Source: Candidatus Heimdallarchaeota archaeon (GTDB taxonomy: Archaea; Asgardarchaeota; Heimdallarchaeia; Heimdallarchaeales; Heimdallarchaeaceae). Taken from it: a stretch of DNA of 40,826 nt. The notes below the pieces were generated by a model. That model was not told the origin of the DNA. It saw only the letters and a list, made by a program, of their open reading frames with translations, and made no database searches. This document shows positions 9,472 through 20,384 of this stretch, piece by piece. The translations under genes were made by a program, and so were the position numbers. The first letter of the stretch is position 1. Every line of letters starts with the position of its first letter. Where the stretch lies: the NCBI GenBank assembly GCA_018238545.1, contig JABCTC010000032.1, positions 1 to 40,826 on the forward strand. Reading direction: 5' to 3'.

Positions 9472-10884
9472 TTGTCAAACTACATTATATCCGATGCAAC
9501 AAAAATTATAGAACTTATTGATAAATTTCCTTTTCTAGAGAGACTATTAGATGAATTAGATCCTATCCTAAAACGTTTTCAAAACCCTATTCTACGTAAA
9601 ACAGTGGGTAGAAAAGCTACAATGACTGATGTGGCCAATCTCATTCATCAAGATCTCAAATCTGTAATAGATTATTTTTCAAGCAAAATTGAACAAAATA
9701 CAGAAACCAAAGTGGATGTGCAAATTGGTTCTACAAGTACAAGTGGTTTTGAAGATGAACAAGTACGAAAGAGGGAAATGCTCAAAGCTCTTGTGCTTGA
9801 ACTTCATGCAGGGGGGGAAAAATCCGCATTGAAAGCTCGGTTCAAGGAGATATTAGGGGATGTAGAAGCTACTGATATTGCTTCAATGGAACAAGAGTTG
9901 ATCAATTCTGGAGAACTTACTGTCGATCAAATCACCTTATTATGTGATCTACATGTAGGAATCTTTGAAGATACATTGGAAAAAAAACAGACACCTCAAG
10001 AAACTCCAGGTCACCCAATACACACCTATATGGAAGAAAATCGTGCTGCGGAAGAGTTAATTAAAAGTATTAGAGAAAATCCAACTCCAGAATTAGTTCG
10101 AAAACTAGCAGATATTGAGATTCACTATACTAGACTGGAAAACCAACTATTTCCTATATTGGAGAAGAACTTATTTGAAGGACCAACTCAAGTCATGTGG
10201 GCAAAACATGATGAAGTTCGACAATTGATTCGTCAAGGAAGCGAAGTTGATGCAGAAGAATTTGCTACACAAGTAGAAGACATGATATTTAAAGAAGAAA
10301 CAATACTTTTCCCAACAAGTTTAGAATTGTTGGACATTCAAGATTGGCAAAAAGTGAAAAATGGAGAAGAAGAAATAGGTTTTGCTTGGGTTACGCCAGG
10401 AGATGAATGGAAACCCGTTACACCAGAATTAATACATCAAATAGAAGAAAAACCTATACCTGTAGATACCTTGGATGTACAAACTGGTAAACTTACTCTA
10501 GAACAAATCAATTTGATTATGACTAATCTTCCAGTTGAAATATCTTTCATTAATGAGAATGATGAAGTAATATACTACTCAGATACCAAGGAACGAATTT
10601 TTCCCCGCAGTCCAGGTATTATAGGTAGAAAAGTCCAAAGATGTCACCCTCCAAAAAGCCTTGACAAAGTTATGCAAATTATAGAAGCTTTCAGAACTGG
10701 TCAAAAAGATGTTGCTGAGTTCTGGATAAATATGGGTGACAAATTTGTCCACATACGCTACTTTGCAGTAAGAGATAACTCTGGCAATTATAGAGGAACA
10801 TTAGAAATCATGCAAGATGTTTCTTCTATTCGCGCTCTTGAAGGGGAAAGAAGATTAGTTAATTGGGGAGAAAATACTAAGTAA
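9472..10884 (+). CDS. DUF1858/DUF438 + hemerythrin + PAS domain protein
   Basis: LCDLH, GHPIHTYMEEN, HYTRLENQLFP, MWAKHDEVR, MIFKEETILFP; C-terminal PAS with IGRKVQRCHPPKS. Confidence 0.92.
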   Translation: MSNYIISDATKIIELIDKFPFLERLLDELDPILKRFQNPILRKTVGRKATMTDVANLIHQDLKSVIDYFSSKIEQNTETKVDVQIGSTSTSGFEDEQVRKREMLKALVLELHAGGEKSALKARFKEILGDVEATDIASMEQELINSGELTVDQITLLCDLHVGIFEDTLEKKQTPQETPGHPIHTYMEENRAAEELIKSIRENPTPELVRKLADIEIHYTRLENQLFPILEKNLFEGPTQVMWAKHDEVRQLIRQGSEVDAEEFATQVEDMIFKEETILFPTSLELLDIQDWQKVKNGEEEIGFAWVTPGDEWKPVTPELIHQIEEKPIPVDTLDVQTGKLTLEQINLIMTNLPVEISFINENDEVIYYSDTKERIFPRSPGIIGRKVQRCHPPKSLDKVMQIIEAFRTGQKDVAEFWINMGDKFVHIRYFAVRDNSGNYRGTLEIMQDVSSIRALEGERRLVNWGENTK

Positions 10885-10998
10885 CAGGAAATTCCCCTTT
10901 CTTTCTTATTTATTCCCTTAGTATTTTCTATTGCTATCAAGTGGCTCTTTAACTTTAGAGCGACATACTTTTTATACTAAAATTTGATAATTATAGAT

Positions 10999-11193
10999 AT
11001 GGCATCTTTAAAGCCTAATCAAGAAAGGGTGAAGCAGCGAAGAGAAGAAGTTATGAGATCTGCTTTAAGAGCTCGAAAATTCACAGAAGAGGAACTCACT
11101 AGAGAAACTGCTAATTTTATCAAGTTTGCATATTCTCTCAAAGAAATAAAAATTCAATGGAAATCTGAGGATGGTAGTGAAAATGACAGTTGA
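10999..11193 (+). CDS. Small basic helical protein, probable partner of the downstream nucleotidyltransferase
   Basis: 64 aa from ATG 10999, overlapping the next gene; TTTTTATA box ~25 bp upstream. Confidence 0.55.
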   Translation: MASLKPNQERVKQRREEVMRSALRARKFTEEELTRETANFIKFAYSLKEIKIQWKSEDGSENDS

Positions 11194-11758
11194 TCCTATA
11201 TCTGAAAGTCTGAAGCGTTTGGTTAAGTATTTTAACTCTCGAAAAATCCCTTATGTTGTTGTAGGGGGGGTTTCTGTTTTTGTTTTAGGGAGGACTAGAT
11301 TTACAATGGATGTCGACATCATCCTAGATCATACAAAATTAGATAGAGGGGATTTCGTAGATTATTTGCAAAACAATAACTTTGACGCATCTTTAACCGA
11401 TTTTGAGGGATTTGATGAAAATTCTCACTGTTCATTTTTTTATAAAAGCGGCATGTTTAGGATTGATATCAAAGGAGCATATTCTGAATTGGAACTTGAA
11501 AGCATAAAAATGGCTATAGATGGAATTTATAATGATATAAAACTCAAAATCAATAATCCAACCAATCTAATTCTATACAAACTTCAATTTGGCTCTGAAC
11601 AGGATTACGAAGACGCTTTAGCTGTATACATTAGAAATAAAGGGAGAATAGATGCCAATTTCTTGAAAGAAAAAGCTCGAAAAATGAAAATTGAAAATCA
11701 ACTTGATTTATTCCTAAAAGATGTTACTGAGTTTCTTAAAAAAGAAGGAGTAGAATAA
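11171..11758 (+). CDS. Nucleotidyltransferase (DUF6036/AbiEii-like, Pol-beta superfamily)
   Basis: YVVVGGVSV...RFTMDVD, IDI, LILYKL...QDYEDA. Confidence 0.85.
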   Translation: MVVKMTVDPISESLKRLVKYFNSRKIPYVVVGGVSVFVLGRTRFTMDVDIILDHTKLDRGDFVDYLQNNNFDASLTDFEGFDENSHCSFFYKSGMFRIDIKGAYSELELESIKMAIDGIYNDIKLKINNPTNLILYKLQFGSEQDYEDALAVYIRNKGRIDANFLKEKARKMKIENQLDLFLKDVTEFLKKEGVE

Positions 11759-11804
11759 AATATTCATTTTTCTATGAAACTTTTATAATTCTAATTGAAC
11801 CAAA

Positions 11805-12765
11805 TTACCTCTTATAATACTCTGAAAGAAACTTATTGTTCCACCTGAAAACCATATCGTCCCAATCCTCAAATTCTTTGGAAAGATCTGAGGGATTTAT
11901 TTCTGTTATATCCCGTTTTTCTTCAAAATATTTTTTTGACAGTTTAAGAATTTCCTTGATATACTTGATTTGCTGGTATACTTCTTTCTTAGTGGCTATT
12001 GGTCCATGACCAGGAATGAAATATTCTATATCTTTCTCAACAAGTATTTGCATGAAATCATTCCATCGCTTAGGATCACCACTACCTATCCAAGGATAAC
12101 AATTACTAAATAACAAATCGCCTATGAAACACACCTTTTGTTTTTCTATTGTCATTAGGATATCAGTAGAAGAGTGTGCATTTTCTACAACCTCAAGTAT
12201 CGCAACATCGGAATTTCCCCGAAGTCTTACTGGATCCCTTTTCGAAATCATTTTTCTAGGTGGTGTTACTTTAATTCCTTTATTTTTCAAATTATAGACA
12301 AAATTTAATTCATTATCTAGATTTTTTTTTAGTTTCATCTTCCTCATTTTGAATTTCCAAGAGCCTATTTTCCACCCAATCTTCTGGTAATTCAGCTACC
12401 CTATCTAGAGTTTCTTGAAATTTATTAACGGCAGACCTTGTTTGATGTGTTGAAACAATATAAGAAACGAATTCTTTGAATACTTGATTACCAACAAAGT
12501 GATCAGAATGTTCATGACTGTTAACAACATAAGATGGCACTCCTCCCGTAATTTCTTTTATGCAATCAAGTAAATCTTTTGCAGCTCCCAGACTCAGAAA
12601 AGTATCAAAAACGATGACCATACCATCTATATCTACAAATCCCGCATTTGATCCTGTTCTAGCACCTTCTTTTTCAATTGCTGCATAACATGAATCATTA
12701 AGTTTGTATAAAGTAAAAAAATCAGAATTGCAATCCATTTTATTTATAGAGTTCATATTATACAC
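11805..12765 (-). pseudogene. MBL-fold metallo-hydrolase (cyclase-like), split by a frameshift in an A9 run
   Basis: 5' ORF has SNAG, VFDT, NSHEHSDHFVGN; 3' ORF has AHS, FIGDL, IPGHG. Removing one A from the run at 12322-12330 fuses them; may be a sequencing error. Confidence 0.85.
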
Positions 12766-12944
12766 TCGTTTTCAAATGAAGTTCAGATAGTTATAAATAT
12801 TTACGAAATAACTCCTTTTAAGCGATTCTTTAAGGTTTTCAATTTTGTTGAAATGATTTTTATAGCTAATATCAGATGTTTGCTCGATTTAACATTTAGT
12901 TTTGCATATTAAACTAAGAATCATATGTCAAAAAAGAATAAGAG

Positions 12945-13685
12945 ATGAAATTGTTGACCAAGGAAATTGCTGTAAAAACTAAGGGCTTGATAAGAAGTTT
13001 TGAGTTTGGTGAATCGGAAGTTTATGCATTAAATGGGGTTGATTTGGAGGTATATAAGGGAGAATTTGTTGTTGTGTTAGGACCTTCAGGCGCAGGTAAA
13101 ACAACCTTGCTTAACATGATTGGAGGAATAGATCTACCTTCTGAAGGAGAGGTTTTTGTTGGGGAAGAAAATATAACAAACTACACAACTAATGAAATGA
13201 ACACATTCCGAAGAAATGAAGTAGGGTGGGTTTTCCAATTTTTCAATATTGTTGCCAGTCTTAGAGCTTGGGAAAATGTTGGATTAGCTTTGGAATTTCA
13301 AGGAGTTAAAGATAAACATGAAGTGCGACGCAGATCATTTGAAGAACTTAAGAAGGTTGGATTGGAAGGTAAAGAATACCGTTTTCCTTCACAACTTTCA
13401 GGAGGAGAACAACAGCGCGTTGCGATTGCTAGAGCACTGGTAAAAAACCCTAAGATATTAGTTGCAGATGAACCTACTGGTAATCTGGATTTTGTTACTG
13501 GTCAAAGCATTGCAGAATTATTGCGAGAACTAAATGAAAAGGAAAAAACAACGTTAATTGTTGTTTCTCATGATATAAGCATAACGCAATATGCTGACAG
13601 AGTATTTCATCTTCGTATGGGTAAAATAGAGAAAATAGAGGAAAACCCCACAGATAACGGAACAAAAAAGGTAAGAGTAGAGTAA
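12945..13685 (+). CDS. ABC transporter ATP-binding protein (LolD/MacB-type)
   Basis: [30 protein letters not shown]. Confidence 0.95.
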   Translation: MKLLTKEIAVKTKGLIRSFEFGESEVYALNGVDLEVYKGEFVVVLGPSGAGKTTLLNMIGGIDLPSEGEVFVGEENITNYTTNEMNTFRRNEVGWVFQFFNIVASLRAWENVGLALEFQGVKDKHEVRRRSFEELKKVGLEGKEYRFPSQLSGGEQQRVAIARALVKNPKILVADEPTGNLDFVTGQSIAELLRELNEKEKTTLIVVSHDISITQYADRVFHLRMGKIEKIEENPTDNGTKKVRVE

Positions 13686-13686
13686 G

Positions 13687-16173
13687 ATGAAGATTCTATC
13701 GAAAAAATTATTTCGTGAAATTTGGAGGAATAAATTTCGTTCAATTTCGATAGTTTTAGTTATTGCAATATCTATAGCTCTGTTATCAGGTTTAAGAGCA
13801 GGTCATCCTATTCTATTTAATACCTATGAACTCAACCAAAATTACTATAATGTTGCTGATGGAACCTTCTCTTTTTTGGAGCCAGTAGTAGACACCAATG
13901 TTTCTACAATTAAAACAAATTCGAGTTTTCTTGATGAATTTTCATTAGATCGCGTCGAAAGCAGAATTTACTTCATGACTGAGATACAATTTAAAGGAGA
14001 AATATTCCCTGCAGTAGTTATCGGTGTTAATTTCCCGAATCAGCTAAATCAACTAGTTATCGAAGAGAAATCATCAGAAATTACTGATGAATCAACAATT
14101 TTAGATTCAAATACAAGTTGTTTGGTTGAAACTCATTTTGCGGGTAGGGCAATGGAATTTCTTGGACAAAATGTTAGCCTGAACGATGAGCTTTCAATAA
14201 CATTTCCAGAAGAAACAACCAATTTTACAATTAAGGGAATTGCTCAAGATTCTTACTACTCATATATAGTTGATGAAGTAACTAATTTACCACTTTTTGG
14301 TAATATGGCAATTATCTGGATTAATCTTCAAATTGCACAAAATTTTCTGTTTGAAGGGGAAAATATGGTTAATCAGTTGTTATTTACTGTTGATGAACGA
14401 TTTAACAGAGAGATGATTCTAACGGCAGCAGATGGAATTTCTTCTTATTTAACCTCGAATGGTATCTCTCCGAGTACTTTGAAATTTGTGCTTTTTGATG
14501 AAACACCAGAATATAAGATGTTTGAAGGTGATGCTGGTGCTGTTGACAAAATGGGGACGATTTTTGGTATTATCGGTATGATTATCACTATTGTCATCAT
14601 CTTCAATACTCTAAGCAAGATGATTAATGCTCAACGGAAGAATATTGGTCTATTTCTTTCAATGGGATCAAAAAAAGGTAAAATTCTATTTCATTATTCA
14701 AGTATAACTCTTATTTTAAGCTCATTTGGTATAATAATAGGTATTCCTTTAGCTTATGGATTAGCAATCGGTATGGCTAAATTAACAACTGGATTGTATG
14801 GATTTCACCAGATAGCCATGACAATTCCAGTCTTAGAATTTGTTTATGGAGGAGTTATAACCTTATCAGTAAGCTTCCTTTGTTCCATATTCAGTGCTTT
14901 GTCAATTGCATCTGCAACACCAAGAGAAGCTATGAGTGCTGTGTTTACTAGGATTAAAACAACAGGTAAATCGGTAGCTGAAAGAATGCTTGGATGGATT
15001 CCTTTATTCAAATCCATTCACATGGTTGTCCCCCTAAGAGAAGTATTTCTAAAGAAAAGAAAGAGCTTGATAACCATCCTTGCTTTGATTACTTCAATGA
15101 TTTTCCTTGTAAACTCGTTAGCTATGGTTAGTAACGTCTTTGCAGTGATGACGGATAATTTTGAAGAATACAATGCGTATGATGTCCAAGTAATTTTTGA
15201 AACTCCTGTTTCAATTAATAATATCAAAAATTTTATGGAAGAACATAATCCAGAAGTTTTGGATGATGTTGATACCTATGAAGTATTTGTTGGGATTTAT
15301 ACAAAAATCATTCATAACAATGAAATGTTAAGTTGGACTGAATTAGTGTGTTATCAAGAAAACTCTTCTTTAAGAAATTTCAATGTTATCGAAGGAGAAT
15401 TTGAACAAAATTCGGATTTAAACAATGAAACGGTATTGCTTGGCAATACCATTGCTGGGAAGTATGATGTAAAAATAGGTGATGAGATCGAAATTGGAAT
15501 TCTTGGTAATTATTCAGTGACTGTTACAGGATTAGTGGGAGAACTAATTGACTATGCAGTTATGTGGACTTATGAATCCTTTCAGGAGAGTCATGCTAAT
15601 CACTTATTTGGAATCCCAGATAATTGGGTAAATGGAGTGATTTTTACTATAACTGATGAAGCAGATCTGCAAGCAATCCGAGAAGAATTTGGAGAGAGAT
15701 TCAATGTAACTTTGTGGTCAGAATCAGAAACAGTTAGAGAGTCTGTGTTTGGTATGATGGAAGCAGTATTAGGAATTATGATGCTATTCTTGGGAATAGG
15801 GATACTAATTGGTGTATTGTTTAGTTTTCAATCAATGTACATGGCTTTTGTGGATAGACATCAAGATTTTCTGTCATTTAAAGCAATGGGTACTAAAACG
15901 AAGTATTTGAGAAACATGATATTCTGGGAGAACGCGATTCTAAGCACGATTAGTCTAATCTTAACCATACCATTTGGATACTTGACTTATGTTTGGTCAA
16001 TGGATTATATGATGGGAGACACATTTTACATGCCAACAACAATTCCTGGATATACTTGGCCTATTGTACTATTAGTTTCGTTCTTCTCACTCTGGTTAGC
16101 AACGTTTAAGTTAATGAGAAAAATCAAGAAGATGAACCTAGCTGATGAATTAAGACAATCTGGCTCAAGTTGA
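13687..16173 (+). CDS. FtsX-like ABC transporter permease (two FtsX repeats)
   Basis: Two sets of large extracytoplasmic domain + 3 TM; QRKNIGLFLSMG and RHQDFLSFKAMG motifs; abuts the ATPase gene. Confidence 0.92.
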   Translation: MKILSKKLFREIWRNKFRSISIVLVIAISIALLSGLRAGHPILFNTYELNQNYYNVADGTFSFLEPVVDTNVSTIKTNSSFLDEFSLDRVESRIYFMTEIQFKGEIFPAVVIGVNFPNQLNQLVIEEKSSEITDESTILDSNTSCLVETHFAGRAMEFLGQNVSLNDELSITFPEETTNFTIKGIAQDSYYSYIVDEVTNLPLFGNMAIIWINLQIAQNFLFEGENMVNQLLFTVDERFNREMILTAADGISSYLTSNGISPSTLKFVLFDETPEYKMFEGDAGAVDKMGTIFGIIGMIITIVIIFNTLSKMINAQRKNIGLFLSMGSKKGKILFHYSSITLILSSFGIIIGIPLAYGLAIGMAKLTTGLYGFHQIAMTIPVLEFVYGGVITLSVSFLCSIFSALSIASATPREAMSAVFTRIKTTGKSVAERMLGWIPLFKSIHMVVPLREVFLKKRKSLITILALITSMIFLVNSLAMVSNVFAVMTDNFEEYNAYDVQVIFETPVSINNIKNFMEEHNPEVLDDVDTYEVFVGIYTKIIHNNEMLSWTELVCYQENSSLRNFNVIEGEFEQNSDLNNETVLLGNTIAGKYDVKIGDEIEIGILGNYSVTVTGLVGELIDYAVMWTYESFQESHANHLFGIPDNWVNGVIFTITDEADLQAIREEFGERFNVTLWSESETVRESVFGMMEAVLGIMMLFLGIGILIGVLFSFQSMYMAFVDRHQDFLSFKAMGTKTKYLRNMIFWENAILSTISLILTIPFGYLTYVWSMDYMMGDTFYMPTTIPGYTWPIVLLVSFFSLWLATFKLMRKIKKMNLADELRQSGSS

Positions 16174-16301
16174 AAGGAAGGATATATTTCCCTCTGTTTT
16201 TATGAATATATTTTTGTCTTTTTGTCTTATTAGCTTGTAAAACTAGTAACATTTTCGAGATAGTACGGGTGTTTTTATAGTGAACTCTGGGTTAACGAAG
16301 G

Positions 16302-16730
16302 ATGACAAAAGTACTGCGTGCAGAGCGTATAGAAGTGGAATATCATCCAGCACTGAGCAGAATCTGTCATCAAGCAAAAAATCTCTATAATCGGGCAAAT
16401 TTTCTGATAAAAACCTCTTTGAAGCAAACAAGTAAACTTCTCTTTTACTATGATCTTGACAGACAGTTGAAACAGGAGGGGTGCTACAGAGTCCTTCCTG
16501 CTCATGTTGCCCAACAAACTCTCAAACTCCTTTCTAGAACCTGGAAAAGCTATTTCCGAGCTAAACAAGAGTGGAAAAAGGAACCCAGCTTGTTTTTTGC
16601 CATGCCTAAGCCACCCAATTATAAGAAGAAGGATGGGGAAGTAGTAGCTATCTTCACCAATCAACAGGCGAAGATAGCCAATGGATGGATAGTGTTGGGG
16701 ACAACTAAACTATTCATTTTTTCAATCTAG
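16302..16730 (+). mobile_element. tnpB: Truncated IS200/IS605-family tnpB (N-terminal ~130 aa, no RuvC)
   Basis: CHQAKNLYNRAN, LPAHVAQQTLK, WKSYF, PKPPNYKKKDG typical of TnpB N-termini; similarity ends ~16700; locally higher GC. Confidence 0.88.
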
Positions 16731-16758
16731 GGAAGGTTGACTTGTTTTGAATAGTTTA
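16706..16758. other. Imperfect hairpin between convergent genes
   Basis: taaactattca (16706-16716) pairs with tgaatagttta (16748-16758); inner tcaatct/aggttga stem. Confidence 0.6.
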
Positions 16759-16793
16759 AAGCCATTCTTTGGAAAAAAAGGGTTCAGCTTTTT

Positions 16794-17159
16794 TTATACC
16801 CAAGCTGCATGATTTCGATCATAAGTTCCTGAAGCTTTCAACTGAAAACTTGGTGCTACTTTTTCAAAGAAATTCTTTACCCCGAAAACCACTGCTTGAA
16901 ATTCAGAAACAAAATTATCAAAGTTTGTTGTTTGTAGCAAATCATTTTCAGAGAAAAGATTACCAAAACCATCTATTGAGTATGTTACTTCAAATAGATT
17001 CCAATTTTCTTTAAGAAGTGCTAAGTGCATGTCCTTTGAAACCTTATCATTTTCCGCTATCATCGCTACTATCTTAATCCATGTTTCAGGGAAAACAATA
17101 ATTGTAACTAGAAACTTGTTTCCATCGATTTCATAAGGGAGAATATAAGCACGTCTCAT
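16794..17159 (-). CDS. YbjN-like (type III chaperone fold) protein
   Basis: ALLKENWNLFEVTYSIDGFGN resembles the YbjN 'LL..N.....F.lD..G' pattern. Confidence 0.6.
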   Translation of the reverse strand: MRRAYILPYEIDGNKFLVTIIVFPETWIKIVAMIAENDKVSKDMHLALLKENWNLFEVTYSIDGFGNLFSENDLLQTTNFDNFVSEFQAVVFGVKNFFEKVAPSFQLKASGTYDRNHAAWV

Positions 17160-17226
17160 TTTTCTTTTTTTTACATCCTTTAAATAAAGTTTATAGATAA
17201 GAACAGCATAATTTCATATTGATAAG

Positions 17227-17847
17227 ATGAAAAAGATAGCAATTTATGTTTTTAATAATGTAGAAGAATTGGGATTAGATATCGTCTATAATATCTTAAA
17301 GAAAACGAAAATACTCAAAAACCGAGGAATTCTTCCAATTGATCAACCCTTAGATGTCGAGCTTATTTCCGATAAACAGTTAGTTGTTGGTACTAAAGAT
17401 ATGCAAATCACTCCGCACCAAGTTGGTTTAGATTTTGATGATTATGACATTCTCGTCATACCAGGAGGAAAAGGCATCAACACCATTATTCAGAATCAAG
17501 AAATTCTGGATAAAGTAATAGAATTTGGTCAGAAAAAATTAATCTGCACAATTGGTTTAGGTTCTCTCGTTCTTGCTCATGCTGGATTATTAAAAAATAA
17601 AAAAGCAACTACTCATCATAAGCATTTTCAAAGGTTGCAAAAATATTGTAAGGTTGTAAACAAACGCGTGGTTATTTCTGATAACATAATAACAGCTGGA
17701 GGCATGCTCTGTGCTGTCGATTTAGCAGAAAAAATTATTGAAAGGTGTTATTCAAAAAGCATTGCAGATATTGTTCTAGAATATATAGAATCTCACAGAA
17801 AATCTAAAGGAATTAGAATAATTTTAGGAGAAATAGACGAGGAATAG
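17227..17847 (+). CDS. DJ-1/PfpI family protein
   Basis: VEEL, YDILVIPGG, LAHAGLL.NKKATTH, RVV.SDNIITAGG. Confidence 0.9.
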   Translation: MKKIAIYVFNNVEELGLDIVYNILKKTKILKNRGILPIDQPLDVELISDKQLVVGTKDMQITPHQVGLDFDDYDILVIPGGKGINTIIQNQEILDKVIEFGQKKLICTIGLGSLVLAHAGLLKNKKATTHHKHFQRLQKYCKVVNKRVVISDNIITAGGMLCAVDLAEKIIERCYSKSIADIVLEYIESHRKSKGIRIILGEIDEE

Positions 17848-17871
17848 CTAGAAAATCAAACTGTAAACTTC

Positions 17872-18270
17872 TTACATTTCTATTACTTCAATTTTGAATT
17901 TCTTAGCTAATTTTGCTTGATTCCTATCTGAAGTTATTAAACTTGCTTTTTCCTCTAATGCTAGCAGAATGTAAAGCATATCATATATTGGTACTCCTTC
18001 TTGGATTGAAAATTTAAATGCTTCATCAATGTACTCAGAGGAATTGTGCAAAATAAGAACATCTTCACAAAGCATTTGTAGTGCCTTGAACTTCTTTATC
18101 GCATCCCCCTTGGTTATTCTTTTCAGATAATGATTTTTCCATATAGCGTTCGTTGCCTCTAATTGAATTAACTCCAAGCTGTGCCCTAACAGTAGATATT
18201 CTTCTATTTGTTCCCACCCTTTCTCTCTCAAAACATATTTAGAGAGAACAGATGCATCAATGACTATCAC
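17872..18270 (-). CDS. vapC: PIN-domain toxin VapC
   Basis: VIDAS, E.TNAIWK, IYDMLY, LITSD acidic PIN residues. Confidence 0.92.
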   Translation of the reverse strand: MIVIDASVLSKYVLREKGWEQIEEYLLLGHSLELIQLEATNAIWKNHYLKRITKGDAIKKFKALQMLCEDVLILHNSSEYIDEAFKFSIQEGVPIYDMLYILLALEEKASLITSDRNQAKLAKKFKIEVIEM

Positions 18271-18487
18271 GATCTTCCCTCACCGTTTTCATTGCAGTTC
18301 CTCTAGGTACACTTGCTGTTTTCGCCAATATTTGATGCACCTCTTCTAGTCTGTTTTTGCTTTCTATTTCCCTTATCTTTCTTGATATATATTCCCTTAA
18401 CTCCTTACTCCATTCAACTTGATCCTTGTATTTCTTCATTTGTTCTCTCAATTCTTCTGGAAGTTTGAATGACATAGTAGTACTCAT
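18257..18487 (-). CDS. vapB: RHH antitoxin VapB
   Basis: TMSFKLPEEL...VEWSKELR...VREDRDSH; overlaps vapC. Confidence 0.9.
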   Translation of the reverse strand: MSTTMSFKLPEELREQMKKYKDQVEWSKELREYISRKIREIESKNRLEEVHQILAKTASVPRGTAMKTVREDRDSH

Positions 18488-18571
18488 AGTATCACCAAAG
18501 AGTATACTAAATCGTAATACTTAAACCTTTTCTTAACAGGAGAAGCAATTAGATTTTCAACCAAAAAAATT

Positions 18572-20383
18572 CTAGTCTGTAAACACTTCACTTATTTCTG
18601 ATATCCATTCTGCTGATTGATGCTTGAAATATGTCTCATAAAGTTCAGAATAGAGCCCTTTCTCTTTAATTAAGGTGTCATGATTTCCTTCTTCAACAAT
18701 TTTTCCTTGATCCATAACAATTATCCTATCAGAATTCTTTATGGTAGTAAGCCTATGAGCTATGACAATTGACGTTCTGTCTGCTAGCAGCTTATCTAAC
18801 GCTTCTTGTATCTTCCATTCGGTATAGGCGTCAACAGCAGCTGTGGCCTCATCGAGTATCAGTATTTTGGGATTAGCTAATAGTGTTCTTGCAAAAGATA
18901 TCATTTGTCTTTGACCAGCTGAAAGACCTTTACCTCTTTCACCTAATTCTGTCTCTAGACCATCGGGTAAAGCGTCAATAAATTCCTGTGCAGCTACAAT
19001 GTTGATAACTTTCTCAACTTCTTCCTTGCTGGCTGTAGGGTGACCGTAACGGATGTTATCTAGAACAGTTCCACTGAAAAGAAAAACATCTTGACTAACT
19101 AAACCTATCTGTGATCGCAGATTATGCAGGTCATATTCGCGAATATCGACATCATCGATTTTGATGGAACCTTTGTTAATATCATAAAAACGCATCAAAA
19201 GAGAAGCAATAGTCGTCTTACCCGCCCCTGTGTGACCAACGACTGCTATAGATTCTCCTGCTTTAATATCTAGATTAATATCTCTTAGAACAGGCACACC
19301 TTCTTCATATTGTTGATGAACTTCCTCGAAAGAGATATGTCCTTTCAGTTTCTTAATGACAGGACTTTCAGGATTACTGATTTCTATTTCTGCATCAACT
19401 ATACTGAATATCCTCTCCATTGCAGCAAAACCGCTTTGAATAGTAGAGAACTGAGAAGCTACACGAACTAGAGGATAAAGAAATCTGTTTAGTAATAACA
19501 AGAAAAGGAGAATGGTTGAAGCAGTAGCTAAATTACCAAAAATAAGCGAGCTTCCATAGAGGGTTATACCAAAGACTCCAAGAGTACTGATTCCGTCCAT
19601 CAGGGGCCAGACTCCCATGACAGCGAATGCTCTTTTCTTAGCGTATTTGAAAGTATCATTGTTTATTACTTCAAATTCCTCTTTGGACTTCTCTTCTCTA
19701 CCAAAGGCTTTAGCGATAGATATTCCTGATACACTTTCTTGGAATGAAGCATTTACTGCTCCAATAGCAGCCCTCCAATCCCCTGTCGTCCTTCTTGTTA
19801 TTCTTCTAAAGGTTAGAGCGACCAAAAACACAAACGGGGCCATGATAAGTGTAACAAGTGTTAGTCTCCAATTGACTATAAACATCCATCCTAAAACTGT
19901 TACTAGAATTAGCAGGTTCGAAACAAATTGTGTGACAACATTGAGCATGTCAGATAGCTCTTGAGAATCATTTGTTACCCTACTCATTATTTGCCCTGTT
20001 GCTTGTTTATCAAAGAACATCAAATCTTGTTCTTGCAAACTTATGTATGTTTCAATTTGTATTTGTTTGATAACTTTCTGTGTTACAATTGTTACCATTA
20101 TCCCTAGAACAACTTGAAGTCCCCATAGGAATAGTGATAGTAACACATATCCAATTGCATAAGGTAAAACCGCTAACCATCCCGCTTCTACTTCTAATAA
20201 ATCGAAAGCGCTTTGCACCATAATAGGTGGGAATATTGTTACAACAGCTGATGCAATGATACCTATTATGATGAACATCAACATAGTCTTGAACGGTCCC
20301 AAATATCCCAAAAATCTTTTAATCAACTCGATGTCGGAATATTGTCGATCGTAATCAACTTTGGGTCCTAGATTTCGCATCAT
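18572..20383 (-). CDS. ABC exporter, fused permease/ATPase subunit B
   Basis: 6 TM; GHTGAGKTT, LSAGQRQ, LDEAT, IAHRL. Confidence 0.95.
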   Translation of the reverse strand: MMRNLGPKVDYDRQYSDIELIKRFLGYLGPFKTMLMFIIIGIIASAVVTIFPPIMVQSAFDLLEVEAGWLAVLPYAIGYVLLSLFLWGLQVVLGIMVTIVTQKVIKQIQIETYISLQEQDLMFFDKQATGQIMSRVTNDSQELSDMLNVVTQFVSNLLILVTVLGWMFIVNWRLTLVTLIMAPFVFLVALTFRRITRRTTGDWRAAIGAVNASFQESVSGISIAKAFGREEKSKEEFEVINNDTFKYAKKRAFAVMGVWPLMDGISTLGVFGITLYGSSLIFGNLATASTILLFLLLLNRFLYPLVRVASQFSTIQSGFAAMERIFSIVDAEIEISNPESPVIKKLKGHISFEEVHQQYEEGVPVLRDINLDIKAGESIAVVGHTGAGKTTIASLLMRFYDINKGSIKIDDVDIREYDLHNLRSQIGLVSQDVFLFSGTVLDNIRYGHPTASKEEVEKVINIVAAQEFIDALPDGLETELGERGKGLSAGQRQMISFARTLLANPKILILDEATAAVDAYTEWKIQEALDKLLADRTSIVIAHRLTTIKNSDRIIVMDQGKIVEEGNHDTLIKEKGLYSELYETYFKHQSAEWISEISEVFTD

Positions 20384-20384
20384 C

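Noticed and set aside
16706-16758. Integron attC site
   Set aside because: AAC/GTT lie inside the outer stem rather than in the canonical R''/R' arrangement; single copy; no integrase in the window
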